A stretch of DNA of 62,814 nt, counting the filler, from Asterionella formosa (lineage: Eukaryota): NCBI GenBank assembly GCA_002256025.1. It is 34 parts of 34 records of this genome, joined end to end, with 100 filler letters (N's around TTAATTAATTAA, not from the genome) between each part and the next. Parts side by side here need not be neighbours in the genome. Positions count along the whole stretch, not along the records: positions 17,075 to 36,607 come from NKIB01003638.1; 33 more parts are not named here. One strand, given 5' to 3'. Position 1 is the stretch's first letter; each line of letters begins with the position of its first letter. Shown piece by piece: positions 25,701 through 36,707 of the stretch. A model generated the notes under the pieces. The model made no database searches and was not told where the DNA came from. It saw nothing but the letters and a program-made list of their open reading frames with translations. Both the position numbers and the translations under genes were made by a program.

Positions 25701-28700
25701 CGAAAGGAGTCCAATGATGTTGATAAACTTCTCCGTTACTGGGACGTTATATTGTTGGTGCTGGTATTGATAAAGAAGAAAAGAGGAACAAGCTCCTTCT
25801 GTGCACCATTACGGCCACATTTGAGAAGCATCACCAAAATTGGGAAACTTCTTTTCTGACGAGCCGATGGAATTCGTCATACCTGTCATTCCAAAAAAAG
25901 ATCACAACGTCGTGTATTCTCCGTTTATGCATTGACACAGGCGAGTGAAAACGAAATAGTTGATGCCAGTTCATCTTCTCCCAATACCATTCCAAAAAGT
26001 AAAGATTGTGCTGCTTGCGTGCCCCTGGTAGATCTTGTCTCTAATTTCGTCTATCAAATCTGATAGACTTGATATAAAATCTCCCTCTTCCAAAGCAAAA
26101 TCAAAATGCAAATTAAAGGCAACTCCAGACATCGTTGCCAATCCGGAAGAAGCAGTCCATGATTTGTCACCAAAGAGATCCGCAATTGTAGGAGTGATTG
26201 AGAAAGTAAATAAAGCACAGGTCAAGGACGAAAGTGATTTGTCCTATTTATCCAGTAAGGAGATGGAAATATTGAAACAGGACATGGTCGTCAGTCTGGA
26301 TTTAGTTCATGGGTGCATTTAGTGGCATATTGTTGTCTTTCTGATGTAGTCTAAAATCTCGAGTAAAGTGAGTTTTCATCGCTGGTCCTACATGTTTCCG
26401 ATATTGCCTTGAAGTTTCAAATGATGTTTTGTTAAACAAGCTAGACTCTAGGACCACATAGAATTTGTTGAGAACAAAATCCAGGACAATTTAATCTAGT
26501 CTCTTCTCCTTGCCTTTGTCATCATGATCAAAGTATCTAACCAGTAAGAGTTAGTCCTTACTCTTTCGTTGTCTCTTGAACAGACATGAAATAAGCCATA
26601 GAAACACGTTTTCCCTGTTTGAAAAATCTGCGATTGGTATCCCCTTCACAACCAAGATCGTTCCATTCCTTGTAGCACTCGGAACATTTGCCATTCCAGA
26701 TGATAACAAGTGATATATGCCACTATCGATAGCGTGCAAATGTCAAGTTGTCAAGAAAATCGTGACTGTAACAGAACAAGGAAGCAGAAAGGGATAAAGG
26801 TCTGTCAACTATAGGATTAGACAGTGGGTGAGTGCTGGTTCGGAAGCGATGCAGCACCAACATACTCAGTGATAGACATTTGATTGGTAGCGCAAAGCTA
26901 CAGTTTCATAGTACCAGCTTAGTAATAGGTACAGTTTCACTGTAGCCACGTCATTTTCCGACCGGTTATTGAGACAAGGGGAAGAATGGAATGCTGGTAG
27001 GGCAAACCTACAGTTTCACAGTCGTACCAGCGTACTAGTGATAGGTAGAGTTTCACAGTACCGGGTATTCGAATTCCTGTTAAGTCTTGTATATGTTATC
27101 TAATCACACATACTGTTAGGGTATTAAATGTTCCTTCGAAAAAGTTACTAGACATACAGAGATGTATGTTATGCACACTTTTTGAAGAAGAGGATATGTT
27201 GAGATATTGTTTAAAAAATTCATGCCGGTAATGCATACTATTCCACATAACAAACAGATGAGGGAATGATGATAGAGAGCCTGCCTTCTACCAGTATCTA
27301 TCAAACCAACCGGTGAGAAGAGGTAAGTTATGTGATTGTTTTGCTTCTCAACTGTGGCTGGCTACCAAGGGGCTTATGATCAGTACCGTGTGAGACCGGA
27401 AGCAAATTATAAAATTGTATCGCTGTTCGTGTGCACTGCTACCACTCAAAACTTCTTCACTTCCTCAGGACGAACGATAAAAAATCAACCTAATTACGAG
27501 GTAAGAAACCGCACTTAATATCTTTGTGCACAATTCTGCAGTGGCTTTGTAGTGTCTGTGTCCAATAATTTGGATTTCGACATTAATAACATCTTTCCCT
27601 TCCATAAATGCAGATGTGAGGGTTAACAACGCTACCCTGTAACCCATCAATCAACAGTGAGAGCATAGGTAAGTTACTATACTCTCATTTGACGCTCTTT
27701 ATTTCGATTAGAACGACGTGAAGTTACTATAAAGATTGTTTATGTCATCAGTTCGTGGCACATGTGTGGCTGGAGATGCTTTAATCGTTACAACACTTTT
27801 GCTAACATTGATATTAGTATCTCCTCAAAATCACACAGGAACCTTGGAGAATGTGGCTTGCTACCATTCTTAATGGAAGCAACAATCAACCATGAGAGCA
27901 CAGGTAAGTTGTTATATGCACATTGCCTGCTCATGAGGAAATTGGAGTGATGGACTGTTCATGTGATCGTTTCGTTGCACATATATACGTTTAGATGCCT
28001 TGCTTACTTGATGCAACAGTTTTGATAACATTGTTGCTATTATCTCTTACAGGAAAGTTGTACAAGAACATTGGAGAATGTGACTTGCTGCCATTCGCAA
28101 TGGTAGAGGTTCGAATAAAGCATCATCAATTTCGTTTACTCTCTCATTTCATTTTGAATTGGCAATGATCTAAACATAGCTACCGGAAGTGAAAATTATG
28201 GTATTGAAGACCACTGTGTGCTCATTCTGATAGAGGATGCACAGTGGAAAGTATGGGTGACCAGAAGTAGAATATTTGAGTATTAGCTAAATGGCAATCC
28301 ATTTAATTCGATTTGTATCATTGATCGAACATGATAGTAGGTTTGATCAATGAGAGAAATAAGTTAGATCAGTAGTAATGAACGTTAGATCCAAAGCTAA
28401 AAATTCTATTTGATATTAGCATTCCAAAGGTTAGACCGAATGAATAAGTGATTTGATCTCATGATTACTATCTTTAGATCGAACACCAAAATGTTAGTTG
28501 ATATCAGTCAGTTATTTTTAATGATCAATCAGTATTTCTGTATGATCAATCAATGTTTCTGTATGATCAATCAGTTTTTTTGTATGTTCAATCAAAAATA
28601 ATACGTCATACTGAGAATTTTTGGGGCAGTGGGTCTTATAGCAAAACTGTTAGGCCTAACGGCTTTTTAATTTACAGACGCAAGCACCTCTGGAACGCGG

Positions 28701-29336
28701 CATTTTTCTGTTTCTGTTGTTGTTGCTTGTTAAAATATAGAGCAAAACTGTAATATAAAAGACGATTGTGACATAAGAAATCATTTCGAATAAATGCCAC
28801 CTCACTTCTGAAAGTTTTTGAAATGACATACATAGGTGGGCTTTTGAAATGGCAACAAAAATCACAGCATTCACAGAAGATGCAATCCTCACACCCCTCC
28901 AGTTCCGACTCTACTACAATCAACAAGTCTTGGCATGTAGAACAGCTATCATGAACGGAGATAAATTTGATGACACCATTGTTGTCCAAATGATGTTTAT
29001 TTTCAATCTTGGTGGATTGTTGCGACTGTTTGTTTCTTAACGGTACATTGAAACTAATCAACAATATTTGCCATCATGCTGCCAGCTCGAATGAATCATA
29101 TTTGTTGATCCTATTATAGGGTTCATATACATCGAGCGATGTACTAGACTATATCTATATATTTAGCGATTTCGAAAAGGAATCTATCTAAACACAAGCA
29201 AATTTCCACTGATTTAAATATTTCAAATGAAATCATGTCATCCAAAATTATTCCATAGAAATTCGTAGTTCCGGGGAATTTCGGCAACCCTAAGCAATAT
29301 TGTAAATTTTTGGCTTAGGGTTGAAATGCAGGAACC
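22772..29336 (-). mobile_element. 6.6-kb non-autonomous Kolobok-type DNA transposon carrying internal cargo
   Basis: TIRs GGTTCCTGCATTTYAACCYTA. TTAA on both sides (22768-22771 and 29337-29340). GG...CC termini. A Cys-rich remnant near 28850-28960 is homologous to the KolX-like ORF at 32748. Confidence 0.8.
24306..24740. repeat. Diverged AT-rich tandem repeat with a period of about 177 bp (about 2.5 units)
   Basis: TTGATGATAATT.TGATATATCAA starts at 24306 and 24483. Units are colinear, with a partial third unit after about 24650. Confidence 0.75.
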
Positions 29337-29674
29337 TTAACCGCCATGGACCATAAACTTTAGAAATAAATGAATCAATTTGTCACTCTTAGTAAATAAA
29401 TGCAATATTTCCCAAAGTCCAAAAAATGGAGCCATATTTTATAATGTCAGAGACCGTAATTTACAGCAGAGTTGCTTCCGACACACCAAAAAATGAAGCA
29501 AGCAAATCGCAGTCATCTCATTAAGCAACAACGATAAAGCCTACAGTAAGAAAACAGCCTCAACCACCCAAAAAGTACAAGTTGACACCCGTTTCTTTGG
29601 ATAAGACTGTAGTGTCACTTATTTAAGAAAATATTTAGTTATGGAATTAGAAACTAGAAAGGCAAAATAACAAT

Positions 29675-30683
29675 GGCGGGGATATTACGTCGATGAAGTC
29701 GCCTTTTATTTTGGTTGGATTGGATTCCTGACGGCGCGGCTCCTCGTCTCTGACTTCCTTGGAACTTGTGCATCATTTTATCGATGCCAACGAAATGATA
29801 CCATTGACAATGACGAATACACACCATTTTATGGATAAATCACTTTCCTTTGGGCAATTTGTTTTTGCAGTTTTGGGGACGTCAAGAGTACCAATGGTCA
29901 TACCAATGGGGAACACTAGTGAATGAATACGAACGACAAACCTGTTTTGAAGTGCGCACTGAGTTCAAGGGGAAATTGATAATATCTCCAGTGACGGGAC
30001 GGATAGAAGTACACTATCCACAGTTCAAGCGACGGCTAAAAATTACTGTGTCTGCCATTTTGACCCCATGATTGCTCAGCGTTTGACTAGAAATAATTCT
30101 AAAACTTCTTTTCGCTTTCAATTGAAGCAGAGCTTGATGAATATGAACAGTTTGACGACGACATGGAAATCGTGATTCAGTATGGTTACGTGACACTCTT
30201 TGCATCGGCCTATCCATTGGCATCACTAATTGCAATCGTGGCCAACTTGATCGAAATTCGAGCTGATTGTTTCAAGCGGATATTTTTGTGTCGAAAGCCC
30301 AAGTCGACACGGAGTAATGGCTTGAGAATGTGGAAGACTTTGTTACTAGGAATTACATGGTTCTCGGCTCTCACAAATTGTCTCATCTTTGATTTCACGT
30401 CCGGTCAAATGCGAGAGTACCTTCCTGGATTTTACCATTATGACGATTCGGGTCACTTACGTTTGATACCAGGCAAGGGCTGGATTGTTTTTTTTTAATC
30501 ATTTTTGTTGTTTGTATCATTTTTGGAATGGAACGTAGCTTTTTTTATACAGGGTTACTGATCCGTGCGGTTGTTCCTGAGATTCCAGAAATCATCATGA
30601 AGGAGCTGGAGCGAACACAATTTGTGCATGAGGAAGACTCACGCATTCTCAGAGATTTGGCGGTTCAACAGAAGGACCAATAA
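29675..30683 (+). pseudogene. Anoctamin/TMEM16 pseudogene (C-terminal part, internal deletion, frameshifts)
   Basis: Segments DEVAFYFGW, WGT...RTEFKG...SPVTG, MEIVIQYGYVTLFASAYPLA...NLIEIRAD and ALTNCLIF...VPEIP. Stops and frameshifts are present and the middle TM segments are missing near 30070-30120. Confidence 0.85.
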
Positions 30684-31079
30684 TTTCGCAACTACTCATG
30701 CATGAATGAGATTAGATCAGTGTTGCATATCTTTGAAAGAAACACACCTCCTCCATGGGCTTGTGTGCATACAGCACTCCACTCCCAGTTGTCGTCCACC
30801 TGAACGCATACTTTTTAAGCATACATACCACATCTCTTTTTATCTTGTGTTTTAATTGGTCAAGCCTAAGGAATTTGAATATTTTGCGTTGACGTTCGGC
30901 ATCTAAGAAAAAATGAGGTTACCTTAACTCATGCACCATAAACCACATTTCTCCATCCATGTTGCTGTGCCTTGCTGCGATTATTGATTTGATTAAATCC
31001 TTGATTTTGATGCGTCTTAAAGCCGTTGACTACTTGCCATACCAGAAAAAAAATCATGCAATCCCATCTACCAGGAACG

Positions 31080-31813
31080 CTATCTTCTACCCTTGAGCAA
31101 ACCGATGGCCTCCAGCGGAACCAACAGATCAACTTCGTTGGGTATACGCCCAGTCTCCCACTTACTGTAGACTGTGACTCCATCTAAAATCATTTCGAAA
31201 GCACCCGTCTTTTCATACTTATTCAGTACTCTCGGAATGACAAAGAAAACTAGGACGAATGAAACAAAATAATTTTCCTTCACCTTATAGTAAAACGTAG
31301 GAACCGATCGAAATCTCAATATGTTGGTCCACAGTCCATCTCCAAAAATGATGAGTCCCATCGCGAAAAGTTGCGTGCCCTTCATGAACATCATGAGCAG
31401 CTCAATGATTGGTGGTGGAGGGTAATTGCCACCGTCAACGTGAATCCCAGGAAACTCGGCTTCAAGAAAATCCTTGAGGTAGTGGAAATTCATTTGCAAT
31501 TCCCATTCCATACCAAATAGGAATTTGACTGAATGTTCAGCGGGATTAGGTGGGGGAGTAGTCAAATCTTGAGGGAGGACAGTAGCATCATCCTGTCCAG
31601 GGATTCAAATAGTTCCATTCATGGAAAGTCATTGTGAGTACACAACTGTGTCTGAGACAAAAACATTAAGCCAATTTAAAGAATCGATTTATTCCGCCAT
31701 AAACTTACTTTTTGAGAAAAAGCGATACCAGAGAGTAAGATGCAAAGGAAGACACAAAGAACTCTCTGGCGGTCGAACCGGAACGAGATACCGGTACTCG
31801 AAGTGCCTATCAT
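31080..31813 (-). CDS. Selenoprotein T (SelT/Rdx) family homologue with two exons (31813-31709, 31592-31080) and no CxxU motif
   Basis: A 35-aa signal-peptide exon is followed by a 116-nt GTAAGT...CAG phase-0 intron. SelT hallmarks GGNYPPPP, TGAFE and VYSKxxTGRIP are present. The motif position reads FLF-GMEW. Confidence 0.88.
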
Positions 31814-32044
31814 GGTCAATACAAATGAAGTTTTGTCACTGATGGCGAAACATGTGAAAGAAGAAAGCAAGATTTTGTCTGAACGATGAGCGATCTGGTT
31901 AGTAGTACTCGGAGTACCACACGAGAATTCAATAGTTACCTGGTATCGCGGTATGCTACATGCCGTTACTATGATATGTTTTATTCTCCTGAGATACCGG
32001 TACCTGGTACTGGTACCTGGACCATCAGGCACCCCGGTCCTAGT

Positions 32045-32230
32045 TGGTATCTAACTAGAAGTAGGACGGTAGTATTTGTTGAATTACACCAAGGTGTACA
32101 AAAAGTTTTATGTAGTTATTGCAGTCATCGAGTTCTCTCGATATTGTTGGGTTCTGATATATAGGATATAACTCCAACCCTATATATATACCGGAATATC
32201 TGTATTCATTTTAGGCGGGATCGCTCACCA
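32045..32230 (-). mobile_element. Diverged solo LTR of the Gypsy-like family at 5767-5965
   Basis: TGGT...ACCA termini. Shares GTATCTAACTAGAAGTAG, TCGAGTTCTCTC and GATCGCTCACCA with the other copies. No clear TSD. Confidence 0.7.
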
Positions 32231-32747
32231 CGTATCGGTTCCTGGTACCAGGTACCAGGTACCGTACCAGTACCCTGGTACCATTTGAAACAGTGAAGTC
32301 AAATTAATCTTGTTGTATCTCCAAAATCAGGCTAGACATGGTCTCTTTTTTAGTCATGAACATGAATCAATCTTTGAGTCTTGTCGTGAATATGACTCGA
32401 TTTTCTCATTTATGACTTAATTGAGGCTGTGGCCCAGGCTTGATCCTAGTTTGAAGAAAAAATCGTTGCAAAATTGACGTGAAACAGGGAATTTGTTTCT
32501 GTGTCTTCCCATGATGCAAGTATCTGTCTGAATATTTAAACTAAGTAGAAAATGGCGCCACATTGACAGAGTTCTATTTCAAAAAGAATGAAGGCATTTA
32601 TGTTTTATCTACATTGCTCTATTTAGATATAAATTTAATCCCCTCCCCCAAATACACATGTATAGTCTCTAGCTATATATACCTCAAGCATATCATATAG
32701 TCATCCTTTGAGCAACAAAATAACATTGAACAATGCAACAATCAACC

Positions 32748-33203
32748 ATGAGTTCTGTTGGATTACCCATAGTGAATGCCGAGAACTCTCTTTCATACAA
32801 TCATGTTCTGTGCCCTACTTGTGTTGATCATGTCATTGTTGAATCCGAAGTTGTTGCAGGCTGTGGGAATCGCATATTCTGCGAATGATGTGACTTCGCA
32901 TGCCCAGAGTGTCAATGTTGATGGAACGAGATGGAGGAGTGAGTTGAGCAATGCATGGAGACAGAATTGGTTCAGCTTCGACTTGACGAAGATGCCATGG
33001 TCACGCCGGTGGGTCAAGGAAAAAACCTTAAATATAAGTTTCTTGTTAAGACAATCTATGGTTCACTTAGTAAAGACATCCGAATAAAATCCCCAGATTC
33101 TTGCCTAAAGTGGGTTTGTTCGCTTCTCAAGAATAAGGATCCCAAAGACAAGTACACTGGTTACCAACCAGTGTCAAAAAGGATTAAACATTGTAGCAAA
33201 TAA
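32748..33203 (+). pseudogene. Kolobok accessory KolX-like ORF (Cys-rich, P2X7 C-terminal-like), interrupted by three in-frame TGA codons
   Basis: Single frame from ATG 32748: CPTC...FCE*CDFACPECQC*...KYKFLVKTIYGSLSKDIRIKSPDSCLKWVCSLL...KYTGYQP, resembling the KolX YR..WG.LG..R..LP.C...IR..FP...Y.GF pattern. Confidence 0.6.
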
Positions 33204-33399
33204 ATTTTTGTTATCAATAAATTTTATTTGAAGTCATCATTAGATTTTTGAAAAATTTCCTCTATCATGTTCAATCTTTCAATGAATACTCGAATACTCA
33301 AACATTTTAATCATAGATCATAAAAAATTAAAATCCTCATTAATTTATTACATCATTACTGCATTTCAAAACTATTGACAATGACGAGATAAACCTTGC

Positions 33400-34700
33400 C
33401 TCGATTACTTATGGCGGAAAAGGACGCCGCAGTCGAAATGAAAGTAATGAAACAAATTGACGAATCTGAAACACTGGCTGATACGACAGAAGTCAGACCT
33501 CCACTAGCAGCGACACTGAACAGACATCGTTTACTCCTGTCAATAGAATCTTTGCAGAAATTTCAACAAACCGGTATTAGCTGTAGTAAATGCAATGAAA
33601 AGGTAAGATCGCAATCGTATAACAATGGCTGCAAAACAAGCAATAGCAGATTTTCACACTGTAGTACCTCTGAGTACTATTCAAAACAACTGGACTACTG
33701 CGTATATTCTAAGTTATGCAACACTTATGACTAACAAGCTGCCCAGTGATTTGCGTCCGACAATCATCATGTCGAATGCCCTAAGAATCACCACTTGGGT
33801 AGTTCCAAGCAATCAATGGAACCTGATGCCGGGGTTGACATGGTGATCAAGGCAGTGGATAAATATCAAGTTTTCTACACTACAATGATGGTTTGTGATG
33901 ACGATTCCACTATAAGAGCTAAATGCAAATGGTCTTATAAGGATTTACAACTACAAAATCCATTGTTATATGGCCAAAAAAACAATGGCGCAAAAAGGCG
34001 AACCATGGATGCCTCCTCCCACTACATGTCAAAGAACAGGTTTTTAATTTTTTCAATCAGATCTCTCTCACCAAGTTTGCGTATTACTACGCCCATGCTA
34101 CTTGATTTCTCAAGTTCCAAAATCCAATGTTAGATGACAAAACAGGACTGCCTGTAACTGAAACTTTATTACAGTTCTTGCTTCATCAAGAAAAACCGAG
34201 CATAAACATTTGAAGATTTCCTTGGAGCATCAATGGCGCCAATCCACCACTTATTTGACAGTCATGAGCACTGTAATCCGGAATGGTGTCCTGCAAAAGC
34301 AAATAAAATGTCAGTACAGGAAAATATTGGGGCAATGAAGACAAGCATGGTGATTGAGGAATCATAGCTAGTATACAAGTACAATACACCAACATAACCT
34401 TCACAAATTTGGATCATTACATAATTTTGCATGTAAGAACCAAAGCTGGCTGTTTCCTTTCCAATCACTCAACAATTCAATGATCCATCAATTTCATCGA
34501 AAGGACGAGCAATGAGTGAGTGAGAACAAGATGGTGTTTTTGAAGCTCTCCTGAAGTGAACAGAATCACCATGACAGGTGAGAAATAATGCACTGACAAA
34601 TATTTAGTAAGTCCAAGAATGTGGAAGGAGGACCTACATGCTTTGGCATGAACAAATTTCAATTCCTCGAACATGGCATGACCTTGTTGTCTATGATTGT
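33400..34700 (+). pseudogene. Decayed Kolobok-type DDE transposase
   Basis: HVECPKNHH.GSSKQSMEPDAGVDM...MVCDDDSTIRA matches the C.KN..GSS..ME and xDxDS motifs of Kolobok transposases. Many frameshifts; limits are approximate. Confidence 0.75.
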
Positions 34701-35181
34701 GTGCATTCCCTGTTCAGCTGGAGATGAGTAAAGCAGTAAGAAAATCGTTGAGACACATCATTGTAATGGATATGAAATAATTTAGAGGTTTTTTTGGTGA
34801 TTTCAAAAATAATATCAATAGTATGTATACTTTACTCTCTCATTGTAGAATTATTTGAGCAGCACAATATGCCAGCTAATAGAAACACTGTCAAATGTTT
34901 TTGAAATTGTTGAATACATAACTGGATGATCATCATGTACTCGAAAAATGACGGTTTTATACCATCAATATGCATTACAATGATTCGTTTGTACCATAGC
35001 ATATACCAGAGTCGACCTTGAATTACAAAATATCATCAGTCACCTATTATACGAGGCCGTAGACAATGTGCGCTTGTACATAGGAACAACAAGGAAGTAC
35101 ATTATCTGACATAATTTTTACTTACACAACATGAATTCACAAAAGGCATTCTGAATGTATTTTTAGTCGACTAATCGCAAC

Positions 35182-35865
35182 ATGACGTTTACCAACAAGC
35201 CCGTCATCCCCCGGCGTTTGCTGAGTTTCTTTGGTGTATTGCTTGTAACGATGATGACATCAGCCTACACATGCCACGCGTATCTAATGACGCTCCCTTG
35301 TCGTCGAACCGAAGTAAATGACATGGCGTCAAGAACAAGTTCATCTCTGATTGTCTTACTTTCAAACGACAGCGACGAAGAACAAGAGGACCACAGCATG
35401 GTTGAAGATTCACCGCTTCAAACGATTGGAAAAGGGATTGATGTCGTTTGGAGCTCCTCTATGTTTCCAGCATTTTTATTTATGGCTCCATTTTTGTCCA
35501 ACCCCAATATCCGAATGCACTTGTCTCCACCCCTTTTGGGTATTATTATTACAGCAGTGAGTGCTTGGTATTTTGTACCGACGCGGTTGGCCGAGATTAG
35601 CAATATTCTAGATCATCGACTAGAAGCCTTGCGACAAATTAAGCTGGCTCGACAAGCGCAACTGGCTGGATCTGGAACCGGGGAAAGTGTTGCCGGGGCC
35701 ATGAAGGTGTATCAGGACATTGTGCAACAGGAGTTGGCCTTACGGTATATTTTGCCTGGTATACCCATACTGGCTCCTCCAGAAGAATTAGTTATTGATG
35801 TTCGCCAATATCTCAAGTGTGATATTAACCAATTTGGTGAACTTGTTCCAATACAATTGGACTGA
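35182..35865 (+). CDS. Hypothetical membrane protein with an N-terminal signal peptide (possible bipartite plastid presequence)
   Basis: Uninterrupted 227-aa ORF with a hydrophobic N-terminus and two further hydrophobic segments. No family recognised. Confidence 0.6.
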   Translation: MTFTNKPVIPRRLLSFFGVLLVTMMTSAYTCHAYLMTLPCRRTEVNDMASRTSSSLIVLLSNDSDEEQEDHSMVEDSPLQTIGKGIDVVWSSSMFPAFLFMAPFLSNPNIRMHLSPPLLGIIITAVSAWYFVPTRLAEISNILDHRLEALRQIKLARQAQLAGSGTGESVAGAMKVYQDIVQQELALRYILPGIPILAPPEELVIDVRQYLKCDINQFGELVPIQLD

Positions 35866-36204
35866 ATTAAATTGAAATGAAAGTGAAGGACCCCATAAAG
35901 AGCACAAGGGAGAAAGGGGTCGTCATCAACAGACATGATGTAATATGAAAGCATAGTCACAAAATGATTCTGCATGTGTTAAATATTGCCAGCTATTTCA
36001 AAATGGAAATCGATGGCTTGCCGAAAATAAAAGTTCCATTTACTTTCTACATTGTGAGCATGAATCAAGAGTCCTTTAACAACGGATATCTTAACTTGGT
36101 TTAAAATCAACAAGATGAGTTTTTCAAGAAAATTCGAACAAGGTGAAGAAAATCTGCAGTTATATTGAGTCATGTTCATACAAAGTGTCCACAAGAATGT
36201 CATT

Positions 36205-36606
36205 TTAGCAATTATTAGTGGTCACCTCAGAGGGCTCAGTAAGGCTCCGAGATAGGTGAGGGGCCATAATTTTTATGTAATGTCTTATTGATTCATCATT
36301 CTCAAAGCCAGCCTGACAGCATAGCTTGTAAATATCCTCCACTTCCTTGTCATGGCCTAACCCTGCTGCAGCCCGAAAGAAAAAACAATAAGTTTCTGCA
36401 GAGGGTTTGTCATTCAATTGACTATTGGCCCGCTGAAATATTTCTGATGCAACCATGAATGCCTTCTCGCGACTTTGCAAATCAAAGGATTCAGAAAATG
36501 CACATGCCATCATTGCAGAATTGTAACTTTTGATGTTTGGGGGGATCGACTGTTCCTCCATTTCAGATAAAATATCCCATGCCATTTGGGCTTTATCCAA
36601 TGATTT
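36205..36606 (-). CDS. PPR protein, C-terminal part (5'-partial)
   Basis: PPR motifs PNIKSYNSAMMACAF and KPSAETYCFFFRAA, and the IYKLCCQAG tail typical of these proteins. Open to the contig edge. Confidence 0.85.
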   Translation of the reverse strand, partial: KSLDKAQMAWDILSEMEEQSIPPNIKSYNSAMMACAFSESFDLQSREKAFMVASEIFQRANSQLNDKPSAETYCFFFRAAAGLGHDKEVEDIYKLCCQAGFENDESIRHYIKIMAPHLSRSLTEPSEVTTNNC

Positions 36607-36707
36607 GNNNNNNNNNNNNNNNNNNNNNNNNNNNNNNNNNNNNNNNNNNNNTTAATTAATTAANNNNNNNNNNNNNNNNNNNNNNNNNNNNNNNNNNNNN
36701 NNNNNNN

